Below, piece after piece: positions 46,266 to 54,419 of a stretch of 64,000 nt of DNA. Source of the stretch: an uncultured Desulfobacterales bacterium (lineage in GTDB: Bacteria; Desulfobacterota; Desulfobacteria; Desulfobacterales; B30-G6); assembly GCA_964633115.1 (NCBI GenBank), contig CAZWEO010000002.1, positions 7,935-71,934 on the forward strand, in the 5' to 3' direction. The number at the start of each line of letters is the position of its first letter. Position 1 is the stretch's first letter. The translations under genes were made by a program, and so were the position numbers. The notes beneath the pieces were generated by a model. The model saw only the letters and a list, made by a program, of their open reading frames with translations, had not been told where the DNA came from and did not search any database.

Positions 46266-46455
46266 GAAGGATTCAAGGATTAAAGGGTCAAGGGAAGTTT
46301 AAGGCTTGGTGATGAAAATGTTAAATTTCTGGAGCAAACCATTAAAGTATAATGGAAAATGTTCCGAAATACTGAATAAAATAAATGCGGTAGCTTTTTA
46401 ATTGACAACAAACACTTGAACCCTTGGATGCTCGAATCCTTGGACCCTTTCCCTT
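46266..46455. repeat. word-repeat cassette (AAGGATTC / AAGGGTCA words and their reverse complements) in the lptB-rpoN spacer
   Basis: Left arm GAAGGATTCAAGGATTAAAGGGTCAAGGGAAG (46266-46297). Right arm CTTGAACCCTTGGATGCTCGAATCCTTGGACCCTTTCCCTT (46415-46455). An AT-rich core of about 117 nt lies between them. Confidence 0.6.
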
Positions 46456-46485
46456 AGCGGGTTTTTAAGATCTTAATCAAACATT

Positions 46486-47922
46486 ATGGCCATTGAACTT
46501 AGACAACAGCTGAAACTCACCCAACAGCTTATCATGACGCCACAGCTGCAGATGGCCATCAAGCTGCTCCAGCTCTCACGTCTCGAACTTGTGGAGAAGA
46601 TCAAACAGGAACTGGAAGAAAACCCGGCCCTGGAAGAAACTCAGGAAACCGAAACACCTGAAACTACGCCGGAAAAAACGGAAACTGAGAGCGAACCCGT
46701 CGAGCAGACCGAGGAAGTTACTTTTGAAGAAAAGTTGAACGAAGATATCGACTGGAGCAATTATATTGAAGAGTACAATTCACCTGGGCGCATGCCAGTT
46801 GAAAGAGAAGGCCGCGAAGCTCCCCGTTTTGATTCCTTCATATCCAAAAAAGAGTCCTTGAGCGATCACCTGCTCTGGCAGTTTTTAATGATATCACCAA
46901 ATTCTGAAGATGAAGAAATTGGCAGTTTCATCATTGGGAATCTAACCAAAGATGGCTATCTGGACGTAAGCTTGGATGAAATTGCCCTACAGTGTGAGGT
47001 CACACTGGAAGAAGTACGCACAGTTTTAGCAACCTTGCAGACCTTTAATCCCGTCGGTGTTTGTTCCCGAGATTTGAGTGAATGTTTGATGATTCAGATC
47101 AATCATTTGGGTCTCGGTGAAAATACAATCCTGACCGATATCGTCCAAAACTATCTCAAATTTCTGGAAAACAAGAACTACCGTGCCATTTGCAAAGCCC
47201 TCAAGGTACGCATGGACGATGTCATCGTGGCTGTAAATGTGATCAAAGGATTGGAGCCAAAACCTGGCAGACAGTTTAGTCAGTCAGATGTCCAATACAT
47301 CACACCAGATATTTATGTATACAAGCATGAAGAAGATTTTGTCATCGTTCTAAATGACGATGGCCTCCCCAAACTGCAGGTAAACTCGTATTACAAAAAG
47401 GCCATGTCGCGCGGCGAGAAGATTACTGATGAAACCAAGGAATATCTTCAGGATAAAATGAGATCCGCAGCCTGGCTTATCCGTAGTATTCATCAACGTC
47501 AGAAAACCATTTATCGTGTCATGGAAAGTATTCTCAAATTTCAGCGAATTTTTTTTGAAAAGGGAATCGCCCATCTCAAACCCATGGTTCTGCGCGATGT
47601 GGCCGAAGATATTGAGATGCATGAATCAACCATTAGCCGGGTCACAACTAATAAATATGCCCACACGCCCCAAGGCATATTTGAACTCAAGTATTTCTTC
47701 AACAGTTCCATAAAAAGGATCCATGGCGAAGCCATCGCTTCCGCCAGTGTGCAAGAAAAAATTCGTAAGATTATCGAAAAAGAAGATACCAGAAAGCCAT
47801 ACAGCGACAGCAAAATGGCTGAAATGCTTAAGGCACAGAACATTGACATCGCCCGCAGAACCGTAGCAAAATACCGTGAAATGCTGGGCGTATTATCCTC
47901 AAATAAACGTAAACAATTATAA
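46486..47922 (+). CDS. rpoN: RNA polymerase sigma-54 factor
   Basis: The N-terminus LKLTQQLIMTPQLQMAIKLLQLSRLEL, an acidic region, and the C-terminal RpoN box ARRTVAKYRE. Confidence 0.97.
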   Translation: MAIELRQQLKLTQQLIMTPQLQMAIKLLQLSRLELVEKIKQELEENPALEETQETETPETTPEKTETESEPVEQTEEVTFEEKLNEDIDWSNYIEEYNSPGRMPVEREGREAPRFDSFISKKESLSDHLLWQFLMISPNSEDEEIGSFIIGNLTKDGYLDVSLDEIALQCEVTLEEVRTVLATLQTFNPVGVCSRDLSECLMIQINHLGLGENTILTDIVQNYLKFLENKNYRAICKALKVRMDDVIVAVNVIKGLEPKPGRQFSQSDVQYITPDIYVYKHEEDFVIVLNDDGLPKLQVNSYYKKAMSRGEKITDETKEYLQDKMRSAAWLIRSIHQRQKTIYRVMESILKFQRIFFEKGIAHLKPMVLRDVAEDIEMHESTISRVTTNKYAHTPQGIFELKYFFNSSIKRIHGEAIASASVQEKIRKIIEKEDTRKPYSDSKMAEMLKAQNIDIARRTVAKYREMLGVLSSNKRKQL

Positions 47923-47932
47923 GGAGACGTGT

Positions 47933-48466
47933 ATGCAAACATCGGTTACTTTCAAGAATATTGATTCCTCTGAAAACCTAAGATCGTATGTGGCCGATAA
48001 ATTAGACCGCTTTGATAAATACCTTTCCAACCCCGCAGAAGCGAGTGTGGTTCTTTCCGTAGAAAAATTTAGACACATTGCTGAAATCAATATCAACGGA
48101 GATCGATTGAATATTCAAGGTAAAGAAGAAACCGAAGATATGTATTCAGCTATTGATATGGTACTGGACAAGCTCGAAAAGCAGATCAAAAAAAGCAAAG
48201 AAAAACTTAGCGACAAGCGATCTGGTGCCAGACATAGAGCCAAAGGTGGTCTAGGCCCTGAAGCCATTTCGGCCGAAGATGATTTTGAAAAACAAATTAA
48301 GATAAAAAGTATCGATTATAAACCCATGGACGTGGATGAAGCCATCATGCAGATGCAATTGGTGGATGATAATTTTTTGGTTTTTACCAACGCGCGTGAT
48401 AGTCGTGTCAATGTCCTTTATCGGCGCAAGGATGGCCATTACGGCCTGATTCAACCCATCAGCTGA
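47933..48466 (+). CDS. hpf: ribosome hibernation promoting factor (long form)
   Basis: MQTSVTFKNIDSSENLRSYV... preceded by AAGGAG. C-terminal dimerisation domain (KPMDVDEAIMQM...FLVF.N). The ORF-track start at 47876 overlaps rpoN. Confidence 0.9.
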   Translation: MQTSVTFKNIDSSENLRSYVADKLDRFDKYLSNPAEASVVLSVEKFRHIAEININGDRLNIQGKEETEDMYSAIDMVLDKLEKQIKKSKEKLSDKRSGARHRAKGGLGPEAISAEDDFEKQIKIKSIDYKPMDVDEAIMQMQLVDDNFLVFTNARDSRVNVLYRRKDGHYGLIQPIS

Positions 48467-48488
48467 AACGAACACCTGTGAGCTACTC

Positions 48489-48947
48489 ATGAAAATTCTG
48501 GAGGCACTCGACCGCAAAGCCATTATTAGCGATTTGGCGGCCAACAATAAGAGCGACACGCTCAAAGAATTGACTGCCCCTCTCGCTAAAGCCAATGACC
48601 TTGATGTGGATATGCTGGTTAACGTACTGACCGAACGCGAAAAGCTCGGCAGCACTGGCATTGGTGGTGGTGTTGCCATACCGCATGGTAAATTAAAAGA
48701 TTTGAATGCTATCACGCTTGGATTCGGACGCAGCCGCGAGGGTGTTGCCTTTGATTCCATTGACGGTAAACCCACCCATCTTTTCTTCCTTTTGTTAACG
48801 CCGGAAAACAATACCGGTCTGCACCTAAAAATGCTGGCGCGCATTTCCCGACTGCTAAAGCAGGAGCCTTTTAGAGAAAAACTGTTCCAGGCTGAAACCG
48901 GCGATGAGCTCTATCAGGTCATTGCCGGCGAAGACGAAGAGTTCTAA
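48489..48947 (+). CDS. ptsN: PTS IIA-Ntr
   Basis: GIGGGVAIPHGK (phospho-His loop), in the position after hpf. Confidence 0.9.
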   Translation: MKILEALDRKAIISDLAANNKSDTLKELTAPLAKANDLDVDMLVNVLTEREKLGSTGIGGGVAIPHGKLKDLNAITLGFGRSREGVAFDSIDGKPTHLFFLLLTPENNTGLHLKMLARISRLLKQEPFREKLFQAETGDELYQVIAGEDEEF

Positions 48948-48948
48948 G

Positions 48949-49818
48949 TTGGAATCAAGCAAGATATTCATCATTACGGGACGTTCCGGATCAGGTAAAA
49001 GTACTGCCATCGCCGCCTTTGAGGATGCCGGCTATTACTGCGTCGACAACATGCCGGTGGTATTGCTGCCCAATTTTCTGGACCTACCAGTCAAAAACAA
49101 TGATAACCACTCCGGCTTTGCTTTTGTCATGGATCTGCGTGAGCAAGATTTCCTTTCCAGCTACGTATCTGTGCTGGCATCCCTAAAGAAGCAGGGATAC
49201 AGTTTTGAAATCATATTTCTGGAAGCCGAGGAAAATATTCTGTTGCAGCGCTATTCCCAGACGCGTCGCAATCATCCGCTGGCAGGCGGCAAAAATTTGA
49301 TTGAAGGTGTTCGAGCTGAAGAAAAATCGCTAAGTGGATTGCGGGATGAAGCCGACATCATTATCGATACGACCCACTATACAGTTCACGAATTAAAATC
49401 CGAAATATTTAACATTGTCAGAGAGAATGCCGATATAGCTCCCTTGCGTATCAATGTACTTTCCTTTGGCTTTAAATATGGCATTCCCCATCATGCCGAC
49501 CTAATCATCGATGTCCGTTTTTTGCCAAATCCATACTTTTTTGACCACCTGCGTGACCTGGATGGTGAATCAGAGCAGGTAAAACAGTTTTTGGCCGGCA
49601 AGCCTGAGACCCAAACCTTCCTCATAAAATACATCGATCTGCTTGACTATTTGATCCCCCTATATGTAAAGGAGGGCAAAACATATCTTACCATTGCCAT
49701 AGGGTGTACCGGTGGCCGCCATCGGTCTGTATACATTGCCAGGGAAATATATGCCCACGTGCTGCGGGAAGGTCGCGATATCAAGGTTACTCATCGAGAT
49801 ATTGTGCAGGAATCCTAA
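48949..49818 (+). CDS. rapZ: RNase adapter protein RapZ (YhbJ)
   Basis: IITGRSGSGKSTAIAAFEDAGYYCVDNMP...CTGGRHRS. TTG at 48949 lies right after the ptsN stop; an alternative ATG at 48904 overlaps ptsN. Confidence 0.9.
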   Translation: MESSKIFIITGRSGSGKSTAIAAFEDAGYYCVDNMPVVLLPNFLDLPVKNNDNHSGFAFVMDLREQDFLSSYVSVLASLKKQGYSFEIIFLEAEENILLQRYSQTRRNHPLAGGKNLIEGVRAEEKSLSGLRDEADIIIDTTHYTVHELKSEIFNIVRENADIAPLRINVLSFGFKYGIPHHADLIIDVRFLPNPYFFDHLRDLDGESEQVKQFLAGKPETQTFLIKYIDLLDYLIPLYVKEGKTYLTIAIGCTGGRHRSVYIAREIYAHVLREGRDIKVTHRDIVQES

Positions 49819-49825
49819 TTCAGTA

Positions 49826-49925
49826 ATACCGGTTGTCCAAAATATGTTCCGATTGAATTTCATTTTAGCAAGAAAATAGGCTTTTATCCAAGAGTATCGA
49901 TTTTTGAGATGATGACAACCGGTAT
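49826..49925. repeat. perfect 12-nt inverted repeat enclosing 76 nt
   Basis: ATACCGGTTGTC (49826-49837) and GACAACCGGTAT (49914-49925), immediately after the rapZ stop. Confidence 0.6.
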
Positions 49926-50121
49926 GGTGTTGATTTCATCAACAAAAAAAACGAAAAAAAATTTGTGTTTCCGAATTTATGCCTTAATATTGACTAACCT
50001 ATATCCAAAGATAATGTCCTTTCACATTTCAATTTTTCATCATGTCAAGGTGGATAACATGGCGTGAGATGTATATGCGGGTGGACATTGCTTATAATCA
50101 AAACGTAAAATTGGACATACC

Positions 50122-50535
50122 ATGATTGGCATCGTTATTGTAACCCATAGGCAGCTCGGCGATTCTCTGATAGACGCCGCACAATTTATTGTCGATTCAA
50201 AACCGGAGCTCATTGAATCCGTATCCATCGATTTAAATGAAAAAGTGGATGTTCTCAGAGATAAAATCGCTAAAGGCATCAAAAATGTACAATCGGATGA
50301 GGGCACCCTCATCCTGACGGACATGTTCGGTGGCACCCCCTCAAATTTGAGTTATTCTTTTCTTGAAGAAGGCCGCATCGAAGTCTTATCCGGCGTCAAC
50401 CTTCCCGTTCTCATCAAGGCGATCAATTCACGCCCCGACATGGAACTCACCAAGCTTGCCGAGTGTTTGGAGGCTTATGGCAAAAAAAGTATCTCCATGG
50501 CCAGCGGCATCTTAAAGGGCAATAAGCGCAAATAG
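50122..50535 (+). CDS. PTS EIIA component, mannose/fructose family
   Basis: MIGIVIVTHRQLGDSL (phospho-His) ...LTDMFGGTPSN pattern. Confidence 0.8.
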   Translation: MIGIVIVTHRQLGDSLIDAAQFIVDSKPELIESVSIDLNEKVDVLRDKIAKGIKNVQSDEGTLILTDMFGGTPSNLSYSFLEEGRIEVLSGVNLPVLIKAINSRPDMELTKLAECLEAYGKKSISMASGILKGNKRK

Positions 50536-50585
50536 CATCTGCAAGTATAGCCATATTCATTAGAGCAAATAGACAGGAGGAAAAC

Positions 50586-51590
50586 ATGAGCATCAAGATT
50601 GGGATTAACGGTTTTGGCCGAATCGGCCGATTGGTTTTTCGAGCGGCCTTAAAGCATCCGGATGTTGACGTGGTTGCTATCAATGACCTGACGGACGCAG
50701 CCACCATGGCACATCTACTGACCTATGATTCGGTGCACGGCAAGTTGGATTTGGAAATTAAAGCCCAAGGCGACACTATTGAAGTGGATGGCAAATCCAT
50801 CGCCTTTACATCCATAAAGGATCCCGAACAGCTCAAATGGAAGGAGCTGGGGATTGATATCGCGGCTGAATGCACTGGTCTGTTCCGGGATCGCGAAAAT
50901 GCGTCCAAACATCTGACCGCTGGCGCCCGCAAGGTAATTATCTCGGCACCAGCCAAAGATCCAGATATCACCATCGTCATGGGTGTCAACTCCAACAAAT
51001 ATGATCCCAAGACCCACCACATCGTTTCCAATGCTTCCTGTACAACCAACTGTCTGGCACCGGTTGCCAAGGTTTTGCTTGAAAATTTTGGCTTGAAATC
51101 CGGCTTGATGACCACTATTCACGCCTATACCGGCGATCAACGGTTGCTGGACTTCCCCCACAAAGACCTGCGTCGCGCTCGAGCTGCAGCGCTTTCCATG
51201 ATTCCCACTACCACCGGTGCTGCCAAAGCAGTATCCCTGGTTTTGCCGGAACTCACCGACAAGCTCAACGGCTTGGCCATTCGGGTGCCCACACCCAATG
51301 TGTCCATAGTAGACCTGGTTGCCACAATTGAAAAAGACGGGGTGACCACGTCCGAAGTGAATCAGGCCTTGCAATCGGCTGCAGAAGGCGAAATGTCCGG
51401 CATTTTGGGATATTCAGAGCTGCCACTGGTCTCGACCGATTTTAATGGCACCGACCTGTCCTCCATCGTGGATGCGGCTACAACTTATGCCATCGGCAAT
51501 ATGGTTAAGGTACTGTCCTGGTATGATAATGAGTCCGGCTATTCCCATCGGATGGTGGATTTGGCGGCTATGATGGGTAATAACCTCTAG
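50586..51590 (+). CDS. gap: type I glyceraldehyde-3-phosphate dehydrogenase
   Basis: INGFGRIGR, SNASCTTNCLAP and WYDNE motifs. Confidence 0.97.
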   Translation: MSIKIGINGFGRIGRLVFRAALKHPDVDVVAINDLTDAATMAHLLTYDSVHGKLDLEIKAQGDTIEVDGKSIAFTSIKDPEQLKWKELGIDIAAECTGLFRDRENASKHLTAGARKVIISAPAKDPDITIVMGVNSNKYDPKTHHIVSNASCTTNCLAPVAKVLLENFGLKSGLMTTIHAYTGDQRLLDFPHKDLRRARAAALSMIPTTTGAAKAVSLVLPELTDKLNGLAIRVPTPNVSIVDLVATIEKDGVTTSEVNQALQSAAEGEMSGILGYSELPLVSTDFNGTDLSSIVDAATTYAIGNMVKVLSWYDNESGYSHRMVDLAAMMGNNL

Positions 51591-51657
51591 GCGTAACTAG
51601 CCGTCCATCCATTCAAAAATTTTTAATTCTAAGATTGAAGATTAGAGGATTCGACAC

Positions 51658-51746
51658 ATTAGGCTGTTAGGCTGTTGCTTTTTAGGCTGTTAGGACGTTA
51701 ACCGCTGAACATCTAATAGCCTTACAGTCTAACGACCTAATAGCCT
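51658..51746. repeat. word-repeat hairpin (TTAGGCTG words / CCTAATAGCC reverse words) in the gap-tpiA spacer
   Basis: Left arm ATTAGGCTGTTAGGCTGTTGCTTTTTAGGCTGTTAGGACGTTA. Right arm ATCTAATAGCCTTACAGTCTAACGACCTAATAGCCT. Confidence 0.65.
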
Positions 51747-51771
51747 TTTATTAATTTAAGGAGAAGAAGAA

Positions 51772-52527
51772 ATGACCAACAGAAGACCATTTATTGCTGG
51801 CAATTGGAAAATGTACAAAAGTTGCCCAGAAGCAGTTGAGGCCATCGCAAAGCTCAAAGAGTTGGTGGACGGTGTGTCGGCGGTGGATATCATGATTGCC
51901 CCACCCTTTACAGCCCTTTCCCAAGTTGCCGAGACCGTCGCAGGCAGCAATGTCCAGATTGGGGCTCAGAATCTTTCTTGGCATGACGAAGGTGCTTTCA
52001 CCGGTGAAATTTCGGGGCCCATGATCGTGTCGACCGGATGTACACATGTGATTATCGGTCATTCTGAACGGCGCCAGTATTTTAATGAAACTGATGCAAC
52101 CGTCAATCAGCGTATTGTGGCCGCCATCCGACATAAGCTGGTGCCGGTATTTTGTGTAGGCGAAACCGAAACCGAGCGGGAAGCGGATGCCACCTTTTCT
52201 GTGCTTGACAAACAGCTTACAGATGGTTTACAAGATATCGCTTTGGAAGATATGGCTGATTTGGTGATTGCCTATGAGCCTGTATGGGCCATCGGCACTG
52301 GTAAAACCGCCACATCTGAGCAGGCTCAGGAAGTTCATCAATATTTGCGGGGACAGCTCGATAAGACCTTTGGCGCCGAGTTTGCGCAATCTATTCGGAT
52401 ACTTTACGGTGGAAGCGTTAAACCAGCCAATATCGCCGAGTTGATGTCAATGGCTGATGTGGATGGCGCCCTCGTCGGCGGTGCTAGCTTGGATGCGGAT
52501 ACGTTCAGCCGCATCGTAAAATTCTAA
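51772..52527 (+). CDS. tpiA: triose-phosphate isomerase
   Basis: IAGNWKM, IGHSERR and AYEPVWAIGTG motifs. Confidence 0.97.
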   Translation: MTNRRPFIAGNWKMYKSCPEAVEAIAKLKELVDGVSAVDIMIAPPFTALSQVAETVAGSNVQIGAQNLSWHDEGAFTGEISGPMIVSTGCTHVIIGHSERRQYFNETDATVNQRIVAAIRHKLVPVFCVGETETEREADATFSVLDKQLTDGLQDIALEDMADLVIAYEPVWAIGTGKTATSEQAQEVHQYLRGQLDKTFGAEFAQSIRILYGGSVKPANIAELMSMADVDGALVGGASLDADTFSRIVKF

Positions 52528-52782
52528 GCGTTTTAGATTTTTAGAAAAAATATTGATCTGCTCAAAAAGATAAGAAACAAAATTTACCGCTTAAATCTTA
52601 AAAGCTTTTGATAGAATCGTAGAAAGCCCAAACCAGACGGTTTTGTAGAAGGTCTAAATTCAAGGCGTGCAAATTTTGTAAATATGAGGCGTACTATTTG
52701 TACGTTGATTGTTTGCGAAATGCAGCACAACACAGGAGTTGGATCTTGTACGAAACCGTCAAAATTTAAAACAGAATATATT

Positions 52783-53121
52783 ATGTCTTTAATTATTGTT
52801 GTTATCCACGTAGTCGTTTGCATCGCTCTGATCATGATCGTGCTGCTTCAGACCGGTAAAGGTGCTGACATGGGTGCCGCTTTCGGCGGTGGCTCCAGCC
52901 AAACTCTGTTCGGCAGTACCGGTGCTTCGACATTTTTAAGTAAGGCCACCACTGTGGCAGCCGTCGTCTTTATGCTGACATCCCTCATATTGGCTTATAT
53001 GTCCGGGGATAAGGGTAGTAAGTCCATTGTTATGGATGCTGCGCCTATCGAGGAAAAGCAAACCGAGGCACAGCCGGCTCCAGCAGAGCAACCAGCAGGT
53101 GAAGCTGAAAAAACCGAATAA
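52783..53121 (+). CDS. secG: preprotein translocase subunit SecG
   Basis: MSLIIVVIHVVVCIALIMIVLLQTGKGADMGAAFGGGSSQTLFG is canonical SecG. The ORF-track start at 52684 adds an implausible leader. Confidence 0.9.
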   Translation: MSLIIVVIHVVVCIALIMIVLLQTGKGADMGAAFGGGSSQTLFGSTGASTFLSKATTVAAVVFMLTSLILAYMSGDKGSKSIVMDAAPIEEKQTEAQPAPAEQPAGEAEKTE

Positions 53122-53138
53122 AACCTTCATTTGATTGT

Positions 53139-53224
53139 GCCGAAGTGGTGGAACTTGGTAGACACGCTATCTTGAGGGGGTAGTGGGGCGACCCGTGCCG
53201 GTTCAAGTCCGGCCTTCGGCACCA
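53139..53224 (+). tRNA. tRNA-Leu (anticodon GAG)
   Basis: GCCGAAG acceptor / CTTCGGC-A-CCA. Anticodon stem CTATC/GGTAG with loop TTGAGGG. Long variable arm and T-arm GGTTCAAGTCC. Confidence 0.9.
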
Positions 53225-53233
53225 CCAATGATT

Positions 53234-53593
53234 TCAATTAGTTATAGAGCCTTTGCCGTTTTCGGTAAAGGCCTCTTTTTTGCCCTTGGTCACAGTTTGG
53301 TCACACTTCTGTAAAAATACCCCCATCATTTTAGCGGCATTTTCCATATCTTTTTTATCTACGGAATTATATCGATCGAACATCTCTCTGGTGGAATGAC
53401 CGGTAATTTTCATTATAACTGATTCAGGGATACCGGCTTTTCTTGCATTGGTGTTGAAGGTGTGCCTCAGATCGTGAAAAACAAAACCATCACGTTTAAA
53501 CCGTCCATATGTAATTCCAGATTTTTTACAGGCTCTACGCAATGAAGCTCTAATATCTGATACCGGTTCGCCTTTATATTTGAATACGTGATT
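53234..53593 (-). pseudogene. tyrosine recombinase, C-terminal about 120 aa only (5'-truncated)
   Basis: NHVFKYKGEPVSDIRASLRRACKKSGI...GFVFHDLRHTFNTNARKAGIPESVIMKITGHSTREMFDRYNSV shows the HxLRHT, GH and catalytic Y boxes. The upstream part of ORF 53234-53971 is only antisense to the next fragment. Confidence 0.75.
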
Positions 53594-54086
53594 ATGGTGC
53601 CTCGATATTAAACAGTCCGATGCTCCAGAACTGAAATCGATAAAGAATAGTGAGCAGCGAATTGTTCCATTGCACCCCTTCTTGACCGAGGATCTACGTT
53701 TTATAGAATTTCGTGATATTGTCCGACCAAGAGGCAAGAATGCGAGGCTCTTTCCGAATCTCAAAAGGGTAAACAATAGGTGGGGCCATGGTCTTGGCAG
53801 ATGGTTCTCAGAGTTCAAGACAAGAGCTGGCATTAAAGCAGAAAAGGGAAAAAAGACATTCCATAGCTTCAGGCACACCTTTATCAATTTCCACAAGCAA
53901 CATGGTACTGACGAAAAATACCTGAAAGAAGTTGTGGGGCATGCTGGTGGAGCTTCTGAAAACATTACCATGAGTCTATATGGAAAGCAGTTCGAGCCAA
54001 ATATCCTTTACGATCTGGTAATTTCCAAGACCGAATATCCGCTTGACTTATCCCATTTAGAGAAAAATAAGTGGGTGCCAAGATAA
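53592..54086 (+). pseudogene. second tyrosine recombinase, C-terminal about 165 aa only (5'-truncated), opposite orientation
   Basis: The frame opens after a TGA at 53589: LWCLDIKQSDAPELKSIKNSEQRIVPLHPFL...LFPNL...HSFRHTFINFHKQHG...VVGHAGG...MSLYGK. Box I Arg and the N-terminal SAM-like domain are missing. Confidence 0.7.
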
Positions 54087-54159
54087 TATTAACTTGACAG
54101 CTCTCGCAGTGTTGTTATTTTCTGCTGCCTTTGAAAATTCCAGATTAGGAGTCAAGACT

Positions 54160-54318
54160 TTGAATCCATTTTTTGTATCGACACTTCTTCGTATTCTTAG
54201 CAATAAACGCATCTGCCCATCGTGCGATAGAGGCCAGATCGTTTCTTCAGATCAAAGAAGGGAAACTGTGAACTGCAAATTCTGCGGATCAACCATACCT
54301 GCAAAATCAGCCGATTGA
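54160..54318 (+). CDS. small zinc-ribbon protein (hypothetical)
   Basis: CPSC-x17-CKFC in a 52-aa frame starting at a TTG 7 nt after AGGAG. The ORF track starts at TTG 54094. Confidence 0.4.
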   Translation: MNPFFVSTLLRILSNKRICPSCDRGQIVSSDQRRETVNCKFCGSTIPAKSAD

Positions 54319-54419
54319 TATTTGCTTTGTGAAAAGCCGACAAGGATCTATGTTTTGTGGGATTCGTCTACCGTCCGCTTGACCTATACCATTTGAAAAA
54401 GATTGTCATAACCCCTTTT

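Noticed and set aside
50715-51374. 219-aa - strand ORF.
   Set aside because: It is a shadow ORF entirely antisense to the unambiguous gap gene.
53234-53971. 245-aa ORF that could be called an intact integrase.
   Set aside because: Only the C-terminal 120 aa or so look like a recombinase. The N-terminal 120 aa are the antisense reading of the + strand integrase fragment (53592-54086), and the sequence lacks box I and the N-terminal domain.
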